A stretch of 54,460 nucleotides of DNA. Source: Girardia tigrina. Lineage: Eukaryota. A program made the position numbers and the translations under genes. The notes under the pieces were generated by a model, which worked only from the letters and a program-made list of their open reading frames with translations, searched no databases and was not told the DNA's origin. The DNA lies in NCBI GenBank assembly GCA_001938485.1, contig MQRK01233262.1:1-54460 (forward strand). Reading direction: 5' to 3'. This document shows positions 1-12,360 of this stretch, piece by piece; position 1 is the stretch's first letter, and every line of letters starts with the position of its first letter.

Positions 1-22
1 ATTATATAAATTATATATACAC

Positions 23-26
<4 letters not shown>

Positions 27-68
<42 letters not shown>
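27..68. repeat. (TA)n microsatellite; similar tracts at ~13179-13220, ~13296-13335, ~25081-25102, ~25766-25801, ~40750-40860, ~54443-54460
   Basis: Direct dinucleotide runs. Confidence 0.95.
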
Positions 69-71
<3 letters not shown>

Positions 72-380
72 CATATTTTTTCTTCCTACTAAAAAATTGT
101 GTTTTCTTGGAAATGTTTACAATAGAAATTTAAATTTTGATTTTACTCAAAATTTTTTAACTTAACTAAAATTTCTAATTAATTAATTTATTTTTAAAAG
201 CATATTTCTTTAATTAATTTTGGTTAAGTTCGATCAAGATGTAAATTATTTCAACCAGAGCTTTTATGCAATTAGAAAGATAAAAGATATCAGATATATA
301 AATCATTATTTTTCTTATGCCATGTAAAAAAATATTTGGAAAATTTTGTTAAAAAAGTTAAAAGTTTAAATTCTTGACCA

Positions 381-562
381 TTTTACAGTTTTTTACCTCA
401 TTTACAATTCTTATTATCAAAACAAAAACAATTTTTTGGAGTTAAATTGCAATTCTAAATTGCAATTTAGTATACAAAAAAATTGAATTGCAATATTACT
501 CCAAAAAATTGTTTTTGTTTAGATAATAAGAATCGTAAATGCGGTAAAATAAAACTGTAAAA
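381..562. repeat. Foldback inverted repeat (~75-bp arms)
   Basis: 381-455 (ttttacagt...attgcaattc) is the near reverse complement of 485-562 (gaattgcaat...actgtaaaa). Confidence 0.85.
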
Positions 563-1036
563 ATATATCAAAATACGGTCAGTAAAGTCATAAAATATTG
601 TCACCCTGAAAGAAATCAAATTTACTCGTTAGAGGAATACGATTATTTATTCACAAAAGAATTGTCGGAACAGTGCAACCATATTAAGATCGTTAGGGCT
701 TTTTCAAAAAGGGATCTAAATATTTTAAAGAATAATATCTTTGAAGATGATACGGATGTGTATGAAATGTTACAAAAGAAATTATTTAAAGAGTATCTCA
801 AATTAAATCCATCTGATACATTTCGTACCACAGAAAACATACCGGCTTGTAATTCTCTTATTTGTAATCCATTATTCCTTCATTCTATTAATCTTAAAAT
901 ATATCCAAACACATCATCAAACTTAGATGAGACTAATGAAAATAATCCAGTAACATGAATATTTTAAACGATAATGGTTGCTGTTTTAGTAATTAACAAA
1001 TACATATGTTGTTAATAACTTGGCCAGTAGTATATA

Positions 1037-1705
1037 CACAACCCTCGCAAAAGTATCTGACCACCCTGTATTATTTTATGTATTAAAGTACACGTCTAAT
1101 TATTTTAATATTAAAATATAAGTAAAACTCAATAAAAATAAAGTTTCCTCACAAAAATATACTATAGTTCAAATGAAAGTTGAGACTATAAAAATATTGT
1201 ATAGTTTATGGAGATCATTTTTAAAGATGAAGGATCGTGAAATAACTGAAACTTAGCGTAGTATTTTATGTGGCCGTCATTTAAGTGAAAAGTCTTCAAC
1301 ACAGGCAGTAGCCTGAACGGGACACCCAACAACTACTATAACAGACACAATTCACTTATTCAAAACGAGAGGAAATGTTCCTTCTCTACTCAGTAGTAAA
1401 TATTCTCTCCTAATTTCTAGCAGATGGAAGTATGTTTGAAGAAGCTAATGAAGAGAAGCAAAAGTACTTCCCTCGCCTTTATCACACCACCAGTCTTTAA
1501 ATGGACCATAAAGAGACATCATTATGAAACGAGTTAATATGGAAAAGCTTGCAAGAAAAAACCATATTTTAGCGTGACAAAAAAGGACGAAGATTATCGT
1601 GGTCAAACGAGCAAAAGACTTGGACGCAGCAACAGCTGATTAACATCGTTTGGTCTGACGAGTCACTCTTAACGTTATTCATATCAGATGGCTGCTTGTG
1701 GGTTT
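1037..1705 (+). mobile_element. Tc1-family DNA transposon remnant (left TIR plus N-terminal transposase)
   Basis: TA followed by CACAACCCTCGCAAAAGTATCTGACCACCC resembles a Tc1 TIR. Broken frames give ARKKP...KDWTQQQLINIVWSDES...SDG, the first D of the DD34E triad. Confidence 0.8.
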
Positions 1706-3849
1706 AATATATAACATTATCCTTTTTTTGTGAAAACCTATCACAACGTAAATTTTTATTACAACCACAAAAATCGCAGAATCAAGACTTTCTTTCATCA
1801 AAAAGGCTTACTATAGAAGTTTAAAAATCAAATATTATATAAATATATTAACGTTAAAATAAGAAACCAGAATCTTCGTTCCTACCAACCTCTTATGACA
1901 AAACTAAAATACTAAGAAGTTATTATATCAAAAATATTTGATTGATGAAAAAGTTATTTTTATATATATTAAAGCCTTTATTGAAGTAACATTCTAAAAA
2001 CACATTTTTCCATTCGATATATTTTAACAAAAAGTTACAAAAGACAACGAAGTGCCTGTTTTTGAACATTACCTAGTAAACTAGATGTATATGAAACAGT
2101 TGAAAACGTTTACTTGAATCTTGAACAGTTGGAATTTTAGTAAATAAACAATTGTGATGTTTATATCAATTTAAAATAAATGAATTTCAACAAGGCGAAA
2201 ATACCTAATAAAAAAGATCCTTGGGGGGTGGATATCAATTAAAACAAAGAATTGACCCCGGTCCCCCGTAATGAATTAGATTACATGAAAAATAAATTAT
2301 CATTTAATTTACATATTTTCTTTTTTTTAATAATTCTAAATTTAAAAATAAATATTGTTTTTAATTAGTTAAATATTTTTAAATATGATACAAATTTTAT
2401 TTTTAGAAACTTTTTTTTGTATTTGATTTCAATTAAATCAAAAATGGTAAATAAGATAAATATATAAATTTTATTAAAATATTAAAAAAAAACAAAAAAA
2501 TCTTTTTTGTTATATTTTTTGATAATAATTATATTGATGTTATAATAATACTTTATTAATGATCCCTTTATAATATTTTCATAAGAAATTATGTCAACCC
2601 TTTGGAGATTTTTATCCCCCAGTATTAGAGGATTCTTATCCTTCTTTCCATATAATCTGAACCATGTTCTGACGCTTAATGTTTTGGAAATTAAGTTTTT
2701 TTATAAGCCGCAGGAGAAGATTTATATTTTTGTATTTATTTGATGTCTTAATATACTTTTTTATTTAACATTAAATGATAGAATTTTTATGTTTTTTGAT
2801 AATTTGTGTATTTCATCATAAATGGAGGACCATTAATTATTCGTACCCTCAATCAACTGGACAGCATGGAAGCATTATAAAGAGTCACACGAAATTCACA
2901 ACAAAAAATAAATAATGAAATTCAAATAAATCAATTATCAATTATAAATGTTTTGAAAATAAGTATAATTTAATTTTTTTAATATTAATTAAGAAATTTT
3001 AATGAAATTTCATGATTCAAATTAATTAAAACGAAAATTACAGAAGAACTGTAAACTTCCATATATTTACTAAATGAAAAGGTTACAATCAGAATGTTAT
3101 TGCTAGATACTTACCTGTATCGTGTGCAACTATCAACATAATTATAAATGGAGTTCCACGAAAATAATGAAAAGCCCCTTCCCAAAAGAAAACCAAAATC
3201 TTCAAAAGTAATAGCGCAGCTTCTATCATTTGAACACGAGTCAACTCGAACTATTAGACAGCATCATGCTATTTTCCAATACCCTCTAATGTTCAATGCT
3301 AACATTTCAATTTCTTAAGCTTTTTTGTCGAAAGTACTCGGATTGAGCAATCGACAATTTTAAATCTGTATTATTTACAGATATACGTCCATTTCTCCTA
3401 TATAATAAGATTTGTGGATAACATTTTTCACATCCTCCTGGGTCAAATTCTAATGAAAAAGCTGTGCCTCTTCTACAGTGAATAACTCACCAGAAGTTAT
3501 GGTATGTTTGAAGAAAAATGTTTGTTGAAAAATTTTAATCAACAAACAACAATTTATCAATATGCACGATTCTGGAATGTATTTGAAATGTTTTTATATT
3601 TATTAAATGTTTTTATTTTATAAAAATAAAATAAATTTAAATTTTTTTAAATGCTTTTTAAATGCTTTAAAAGTAGGCCTACAATAGGCCGCTCTTACAG
3701 GCCGCCTACTGACTAAATTGTTTGTGATTGTGCCTCCATTTCTGTTTCTCTGTTTTCATGTTCTCGTTGATTCTACGCTCAGTCAGCTAATGAATAAATG
3801 AATAAAAAGTATAATCTTGATTTAAGTTACAAACCAATGAAAATGGTGT

Positions 3850-3970
3850 TTTGTCCCTAAATATAAATAATATGTGAATAATTATATGTGAATAAATTAT
3901 ATGAATAAATTATATGTGAATAATATAAAATATATATATTATGTGATTTGTCCCTAAATCAAATAATAGA
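3850..3970. repeat. AT-rich minisatellite (aaattatatgtgaat-like units) bracketed by a duplicated ttgtccctaaat
   Basis: Direct short repeats are visible. Confidence 0.6.
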
Positions 3971-4329
3971 TGTCAAACTTTGTTAGTCAGTTTTAGAGGA
4001 TACATTGCTCAACCGGATGCATAAACGTCAGTGTAATGTGTCTCAACATAATTCATCCCCCAGCTAAAAGACTGAAGCAGTCATTCAATGGTTTCAGGAT
4101 CCAGTTTCATTGATACAGTCATATACCAGTAGAAATCTATGGCTGTCATGAAAAGAAGCTTTCTATCTTGTACATCTCATCTAAATCTAAGGGAAAATTT
4201 ATCACATATGGTACCTTGAAGTGACCGCAAAACTGTTTCAAAGAATAATTTTATCGATTCCAAGGAGAATCAAAGAAGTTCCTAAAAATAATGAAATTCC
4301 ATAAAGTATTGATTATTGTCTACTTGTAG

Positions 4330-4668
4330 TAGGGTATTTTAAAGGCCATTTAAGGTGTGCAATGTACACCCAACTTGGTAGATGTACACCCAAAATTTTA
4401 GAAATTTTATAGGTAAAGCATGGGTTCATTAAAAATACACACACTGCTATTCTAACCACTCTCTTTCACTCTTGCACATACACGCTCCTACACAAGGCCA
4501 TTTGTAATTATATACTTATTTAATAAGTAAAAGACATTCTTTTGTTCTTAACCCTTTAAATCCAGTGTGCATTTGTGATGTAACAATTTTTGAGTAAAAA
4601 TATATATATTATACTGTACACCAACATTTTCTTAGGGTACACCCAGTTGGAAACTTTAAAAAACCCTA
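4330..4668. mobile_element. MITE with ~15-bp TIRs and a target-site duplication
   Basis: Ends are TAGGGTATTTTAAAG and CTTTAAAAAAACCCTA. Both ends overlap the direct repeat ctacttgtagta (TSD of 7, 9 or 11 bp depending on boundary). Four subterminal gtacacc repeats. Confidence 0.8.
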
Positions 4669-5142
4669 CTTGTAGTATACCTAACACTTTTTCTAACTTC
4701 GTATGTTTCTGAAACAAATAAATTCGTTTGTCTATCTAAAAAATTATAATTTATTTGATATTTTTGGTAATAATTTGAAAATTTTATTAGTATGGCGAAT
4801 ACTGTAGATATAAATTGAAACCCTTAGAATTAAAATATTTATTTTACTCAACATTGAATTCAATTTATTTTTGACTTCTTCTTTTTGTTAAGGGATTGTT
4901 ATATATAACTGTTGACACAAATAAATTTTAAAAGGATACTAAGTAAAAAAGTCACATAGTTCTAAGAGATGTTTCCGAAATTCATATGACCATATTAATG
5001 CTATAACAACTTTATCCTGATTTTAAAATAACTTATTCAATGAGTATTAATATAAATTCTTTTTCTTTTTTCAAATATGTTAACGTGCAAAACTAATATT
5101 AAACATAATTTATTCCAAATCATAAGAATAAGTTAATAAATA

Positions 5143-5460
5143 CAGTGGTATACTAACAGTTAAGACCACCGTCGCTTTTCAAATTTCTTATGATATTTGC
5201 CAGTAACTCATTTCATAGATATTTATTGTATCAAATATCAACATTTACACAAGAAACAGTAATATTTTGTCGCCCCCCTCTGAGCTTTATTAATGGGTTT
5301 AAGATGCTCTGACATGGAGTTAATACAAGTCAAGCAAAGTTCTTCCTGATTTCCTTCACCCGAGCAAGCTTTATTGCTTTCCTAAACTCAGCCACAGAGG
5401 AAGAATCCTTTCTTGAGACTTTTTTCTCGAACATCATCTATTTGTTCTCCATCAAATCAA
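5143..5460 (-). mobile_element. Tc1-family transposon 3' remnant with TIR
   Basis: Minus frames give INSMSEHLKPINKAQRGATKY, matching the Tc1 C-terminal SMP.R...VI.AKGG.TKY motif. TA|CAGTGG...TAAGACCACC end at 5141-5170. Confidence 0.75.
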
Positions 5461-6899
5461 TTGAAAGAAAATTAAATAAAATTGGATAATTTTAATATAC
5501 ATTATATAAGTTAATAAGTGCGGAAAAGTACACATAAAGCATATATATAAAAGAAAATATGTTTACATTTTAACATTTGGAGTTAAGGGAAATTTTTCGT
5601 GACGGCGAGATGCGATTATTGAATTTTATTTATTGGATATTTTATAGATAATCAATGATAGAATTTCTTCCCAGACTCACTTCTTCGTGTATTCCGCCAG
5701 TCGTCGAGTTCTTCTTATCAAAATTTGGCATTAGTCGCCGATATTCCTTCAATGTATTCCTTTGATATCCGAGTCATACAGAAATAACTTTCAACTGTTT
5801 TATGTCGTGCAGCTTTACACTCCACCGCTCCGAGCGCCGATCAATAAACTTTTAATAAATTAAACATATATTTTGGTGCATTTGCTTCAGAAAATAAAAA
5901 AAATATTATACATAAAAGTATTTCAAGTTCAATTTTTTAGTACTGTTTTTAAGAAAAATTTTCATTAATAAATACGGATTATTAAAATAAAAATATAAAT
6001 AATATAATAAAATTTTTTTAATGGAAATCAAAGTAAACATATATTTTTATGAAGGTAATTCGACTTTATTTGAGATGAAAAATGTTCAACCTTTGGTATG
6101 AGGTTGGATAAAGTTTTGAATATGGTGAGTCAAATTATTAAAAATAGTTTATATTTATGTAGTTTTTAAAGTAATTTTCTCTACATAAAAAGTCAATTAT
6201 TTGCAATATAAGGCAAGTACTTAGAAGCTACTTGGAATTTCATATCGTTGAACCAGAAACAAAATTTATTTTGGTGCCATCAAATTAACCTGAATTCTGA
6301 TCTCATTATTGTGTTGCGCTTATTTTATTGATTTTTATTAATTATTGTAATTTTTTATTATTAAATTTTTATTCTATAATTCAATTTTATTAATAATTGA
6401 TATTGTTTTAATTTGTACAATTACTTTTTTTCTTTTTTTTTATCTTTTTATCAAAATTGTAGTTGTAGTAATTTTTTAAAAAAATATATGTTTTAAAAGA
6501 AGCAGATTATTATTTTTTCATTACCGAAAACCGATTTTTATAATTTTACAAAAAATCGAATGATCAATTTCTTCAATTTGATTCTCGGGGAATTCGATCC
6601 GAGCGCTTTTGAGTTCAACAACTAAATCGTAATCGATACCATCGTTAACAAAACGATAGAGTCAACCCAATCAATCGAACCGACGGAGACCGATTTCACG
6701 GAACACAACACTCATAATTAAATTAAAACATTATTACCATTTGTGGTCGCTAGAAAAGTTAACATGTTAAGCGGCCATTGAATAGATTATAAAAATACGA
6801 TTCTCAAGAATAACCTGGGAACCAATTATGATTTAAAATATGTTATGAAAACATAAGATAAATTAAAATAGTACTTATGTAAGTCCCATGCTCAACTGT

Positions 6900-7010
6900 T
6901 CTAAATATCGTCTCGCAATCACTCCCGCACACGACGAGAGGCTGTAATTGCAGGTGTGGGATCTTGGATCGAGTAGAGAGTACAGTTTATCATTTATTTA
7001 CTACATGTAT
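6900..7010 (+). pseudogene. Rab/Ras-family small GTPase relic (G3/switch II region)
   Basis: HDERL*LQVWDLGSSREYSLSFIYY resembles the Rab motif KIKLQIWDTAGQERF...YY. In-frame stop present. Confidence 0.45.
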
Positions 7011-7629
7011 TTACTGTACAAATTTATGCACAAAGGTAACACTTTTCTATTCAATTCATTTGAAATAAGATTCATTTTTATTGAGATGCCTTCGACATAT
7101 CTTCCTTTAAGCCTCAAACTCCAAGTTGTTTTCGTATTTCCATTGCAGTAACAGACAAAACTCATAAAGATTTTCAAAATAAATTGTGTAACTAATAGCA
7201 TCAACGTTTTCTTCAATGGAATGCATAGCTTGACTAAAATCAATAACTTTATCACGTGACAAAAAATCAGTGTGTTTGGGATTCAAATATAGTTACTATA
7301 TTGTTAATACCAATTAATTATCTATATCTATATGTATATATATGAATATATTTAATGGTTACTTTCATGGTTACTCTCTCTTTCCCATTCGCCTTGAAAA
7401 AAACTAAGAAACATAACTTTTTTGTGATTCTAATTGTTTTTTTTATTTTTGTAGCTTTACAATGAAAATTTTGCAAAAATTTTAGTTGGAAATTAATTTA
7501 ATGGTTTTTTTTTAAAAAAATATTAATGCGAAAAAATGGCAAAGAGAATTTGTTTAAATGGATCAGATGATATTGAAGGTTGAAAATTTGAAATGAATAA
7601 ATAATCGATCGAAATGTTCTTTACTTATC

Positions 7630-7965
7630 ATTTTCTTTGGAGTTTTATCGAGATGAAATGAATCAGCGATTTGAATAACAAATTCGAGAGTGTCTCGAGT
7701 AAAACCGGGCTCTCCTGATGCAGTTATTTCAGTATTTACGAGCCACAAATCGACGATCTAATTGTCGAATACCACAGGAGAGTCTCTTGCTTAATGGAGA
7801 CTTACCACATTCGATTTGATTTTTCTATTCTGCTGTATCCTGCTGCGACTGGTAAATGAGTACAGGCACACGGATGCGAGCAAGGCGAAGCAATTTTTTA
7901 ATGACATTAGGCGGTTGATTTCTGTGTGGTCAAACGAGACCGATGAGGATTTACAGTTGGAAGAT
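7630..7965 (+). pseudogene. Cullin (CUL5-like) repeat-region relic
   Basis: Three frames join to LEFYRDEMNQRFE*QIRECLE*NRALLMQ / YEPQIDDLIVEYHRRVSCLMET / CCILLRLVNEYRHT...NETDEDLQL. This is colinear with remembered CUL5 LQIYRDNFEKAY...EEEKRALRYLET...CCVNALVTSFKET...NETEKLHL. Confidence 0.55.
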
Positions 7966-8789
7966 CTTTCAATTGACGATGTTGTATCAGCTAATTTCAA
8001 ATATTCGGTGAAAAATATCGACCTAGAAAAAGAAGATCACGAACATCAAATTAAAATGGGCCCAGCACAACCAGAAAGTTTCCCTGCGCAATCCTGTTAC
8101 CTCCGTCCGATTCTTGGGGCAACCTGAGTGTCGGACAGATCACAGTGTATGTGCGATTATGTATAACATGACTAATATTTTTATTCTAATTGCCGAAAAA
8201 AGCATTTTGAAAATTTCACATTTTAATAATAAAAACAATAAAAACAATATAATGAGTGACTTTTGCATTTAATAGAAAATTAACATTTTTGTACAAATAT
8301 AATAAATAACTTTCATATTCTAATAAGATTCAATGATTAATTACGTTTGTTTTGATTTGTTTTTTTTTATTTTAATTGATTTCGAAATTGCAATTTTCTG
8401 TAATTATAAAATTTTAATTAGTTTCTCTTACGTGATTTCGGTAGATTTAGAATTTCTATTTTCGATATCCTTTGATTTGTCTTTTTTTCGGTCGGATCAC
8501 TTTTTATTTCAATTACATAAATTACGATTCGGTTTTTGATTTGAATAAATCCATTTCGTTTAGATTTATATATTTTTTAATTAATTTTTTTTTCTAAAAA
8601 TTATTTAATAATTATTAAATTGTAAGAAATAATTTGATATTTAGATACATAAATTATGACATTCATTTGACGATATAATTTGATTAAATCAATTTAAAAG
8701 TACAATCTTCGGGAAGTTAAATATTCTTTTATTTTATTACTATAAATTTTATTAAATAGTTAATTTGTAACTTTATAAAATTAGTAAAA

Positions 8790-9390
8790 CATGACCAAAA
8801 AGTGGTCATCCACTCTTCACACATTTTAAAATATTTTTTTTTAAACGACAGATTCCATGAAACGTCAGTAGGCTGTAAATACATTGTATGCCCCTCAGAA
8901 ATGCATACAGTATATGCTTTAGAGAATGTTATCATTTCTTTTTTATCATCCTCCAAATAGGAAGGAAATGGAACCCAAAAAAGCATTCTTGGACAAAACG
9001 ATAATATTTCATTGTAGACTCTGATTTCATCCATTAATGTATAGTAAAAGCAACATAAGCACTCATACTTCCACGTACTTCCAAGAATTTCACCAAAATT
9101 AGCCATTTTATACGTCTTCCCAATATCAGAGCAATTAAAATATAATCTGAATCGTAATGCTACACAATACTGAATAAAGCTTTTAATCGTATTTTATATA
9201 TCCTCTAGAAGTACTTAAGTTTTTTTTCGATAGACTAGACCATTCCTGTTAAAGAAGTTTTCAATCCATTCATGGCTTATCTTGAATATTGAATCGTTAG
9301 ACATAGACTTATCTTTTATGCAACAGATACATAAGGAACTTATGTATCCTTCTTGTTCACCTTTGTGGATTCCAATGATACGATGATTTA
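8790..9390 (-). mobile_element. pogo-like transposase remnant (CENP-B HTH plus DDE_1)
   Basis: FKISHEWIENFFNRNGLVYRKKT and ISEGHTMYLQPTDVSWNLSFK motifs. Confidence 0.75.
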
Positions 9391-9899
9391 TTATTAAATA
9401 ATTAATTTGTTTTGATAATTAACATATTTTCAATATATTTATTAAATTTATATTTTACAAAACGTTTTATTCTTTTTATTATAATTTATTATTAACAAAT
9501 GTATTAATTAACTTAAGCTTTTTGATACATTCTGTGGTGCTTAGGACGGTTTTACCGTTGTACGTTTGTCGGGGTACCCCTGTTTTCTTCTAAGTTATAC
9601 CACATTATTTTGAAAGATAATTTTTATGATGTTTTTTTTAGTTTCGAGAGAGTATAATTCTAAATACGTTTTTTTAATAATATTAATACTAAATGATGAC
9701 ATTTCCTCACGGATATAAGAAAGAAACGAATCGAAAGCAAAACTATTTTTAATGACAAGATATTATTTTTGTTTTTATTTAACACATTTAAAATAAAATT
9801 ATGTAAAATTACTTCTCAACACGGATAAGTACTAATTGGTACACTCTCATGAGTAGTTTAAATAAGTTTAAAGAAATCACAAAGCAAAGACATGTAAAT

Positions 9900-10379
9900 C
9901 TTAATTTTTTTTTAAAAATCCTCTCAAATTAGTGCTCACAGAAATCCCACGATGAGGAGTTTGTCCCTCTTTCATAACACTTGAGAATAGTTAATGTTCA
10001 CAAAAGATCCTGAGCTTCCAGCATGATTTAGTGAAATGTTCATATTTTTAAAAATGATCTTATCAACTACTTATAGCTGCTTCATTTTTTAATGGTAATT
10101 TTTTGAGGATTTGTATTTTTTATAATTTTCACATGGTTTTATCATAAAAATTTGCATAAAATATAGTAAGAGACAATCAACATTTTCTATGATGATCCAA
10201 GACGAAAAAAGTATTGTTTAATTAAACATTGAAGCATAAGCACTTCAATGCACAAAATGGGATAAACAATGAAACTTGAAACTGAAAAAATATAAATCTC
10301 AGGTACATTGTAATACACGTTTTTATTCATTTATACTACCCCAAGAATAAGCAAGTATGAATTTTTATACGACCCTGTA
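9900..10379 (+). mobile_element. Possible Tc1/mariner 3' remnant with right TIR
   Basis: Ends in TTTTATACGACCCTG|TA, a CAGGG-type TIR with TA. The coding signal is very weak. Confidence 0.35.
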
Positions 10380-10479
10380 TTATTTATTCATAATAAATAA
10401 ACGAAACATTTCTACAAACAATTTTGTCTTTATTGATTAACTGATCGATATTCTAAGTAACATATTGATTATCATTTTT

Positions 10480-10945
10480 GTCTAACAACTCTCCTTTCTA
10501 TTTTTTGTGATTATAAGCAACATCACAATTTGAATGTAAACATTTATTGACAACACAAACGGATTTTTCACAACAATACTCAGTGGTCATCTGTCTTTGA
10601 TTAATATAGTTTTTGTTTACGTTTTCAAATCTAAAAATCAATTAATGGGAAAATTTTAATATTAACTTTTAATTTCTCAAACTTTTATTGGATAAAAAAG
10701 TATTAATTAATTTTTAAAATAAACATTATTTTTTAAAATATATTAAATGTAATAAGTTAAAATTGTTTACTAAAAATATTATTAAAATTTATAATTATAA
10801 AACTTTAATTAATTAGTACTTAAAATTAATATCATTACATTCAAATAATCAATCAACAACATATCAATCCCATCTGAGTAGGAGAGTCACAAATCTAAAC
10901 AGCATACAAACAACAAACTTACAACATTCCAAGTTTTCCCTCACA
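10480..10945 (-). mobile_element. Gypsy 'TGTGAGG' family 5' fragment (putative 71-bp LTR, leader, gag start)
   Basis: Near reverse complement of 47111-47536. Encodes MTTEYCCEKSVCVVNKCLHSNCD. Confidence 0.8.
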
Positions 10946-11539
10946 GTGATAACTATTTTATTTTTCTTTTTATTTAGAGTAATTTTTCTTTTTACTCCTG
11001 TTAATTTTTGTCTTAAATTATAGTTACTAAATTACTATTATTTTTATTATTATTTTTAAAATTATTTCATTGTGGAGTAAAAATGGATTTTGAGCTTTAG
11101 TAAATTACCTTCAAAGTTATATTTTGTATCATCATTAATGACCGTACGACATTGAAATCCACTGTTAATATTCGAATGTTAAATATGATATTTCGTCATT
11201 TGACCTTTTTACATCTTTACATTGAAAGATTTTCAAAAAAATGTTTAAAAATGGTTAAAAATTTTAAAATTGATCAATTAGTAATCCACACAAGTTCAAG
11301 ATCTTCATTCAAATTGACTTACTTTTTGAAAACATTTTTTAATATTATTTATTTATTATAAAAGTTTAATGATTTGAAAGTAAATCAAAGCAACAATATT
11401 TTTATTGAATTGTTGAAAACCTTTAGAATTTTCGAAAGTGATATAAATATCTATTAAACTTATATTACAGGTAAATTGTAATTTGTTCGTCTTTATATAA
11501 ATAAAAAATTCTTTTAATTTCATCCAACTCCTAGTGCTG

Positions 11540-12360
11540 ATATTCGAATATTGATTCTCCGAGTCTTGATCTTAATAAGACAACATTTTTGCTTTATAAT
11601 GCTCGGCTCCTTTTCGGTATTTTAAGTGAAGGTAAAAGTTTGATAAATAATTTATCCACGACTAAAATTGTGGCGTTATTGATTTACTTTTTTTCAATAT
11701 AAATGTAACTGCCTTGTGATCCGTAAACAAGGGAATCGTTTTCCGTAGATATAGTGATTAGAATGTTGACAGAAATAATGTTGACGATTCTTTATGAGTA
11801 ATGCTGTTAACTTTTTTACGATTCTTTAGGGAGGATAAACAATGCAAAATGTTCCTCCAACTTCTGACCTTATTTCTTTGGGATAATACTGGTCCAAAAA
11901 CTAATATTTCTGTATAGAAAATTGTTCTTCACGTCTGGAAATCCTAGAATTGGTTGTTTTATTAAAGCCTTCTTTATCTTTGCAAACTCTATGTCTCATG
12001 CGTCTGCTCACAAAAACTTTTGTTCAATCCACAAAATTTCTAAAATATCATGGCTTTCGTTGCGAAGTCCTTAATAAATTTTATGTAATAGTTACAACTG
12101 TCTTGGAAGGTTTTACAATTCTTTACACACTTGGGAAATTAGAATTACTGTAGAGCTTCTACGCTTTTAGGATACGATACTTTTGAGACAATTAGACCTG
12201 CTTACTCGATTTGATCAAATATTTTATCTATAATTTCAAAACTTCTGACCAAAAAATATTAAAAAATAAGTATATCATCTCCTCTGTCTGTTTTATTTTT
12301 CCGAACACTTTTGTCATGATTTCCTGAAACACTTCCTGTGTCGCTAAATTCCATCTTTCA
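11540..12360 (-). mobile_element. Highly degraded Gypsy pol fragment (RT end and connection)
   Basis: ATQEVFQEIMTKVF resembles APATFQRIM; TFQDSCNYYIKFIKDFA resembles SFLGL.NYY.RFI.NFA. Confidence 0.65.

Noticed and set aside
643-958. Overlapping short ORFs (65 and 98 aa)
   Set aside because: AT-rich with no recognisable motif; probably chance or TE debris.
3100-3520. Possible minus-strand exon ending at CAG|GTAAGT (~3113); similar splice-like sites near 35960 and 36300
   Set aside because: No recognisable protein and no consistent exon chain.
7630-7720. Alternative genetic code (TAA=Gln) suggested by FE*QIRECLE*N
   Set aside because: The same relic also has frameshifts, and the importin-like gene ends in TAA. 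CAA-to-TAA decay explains it.
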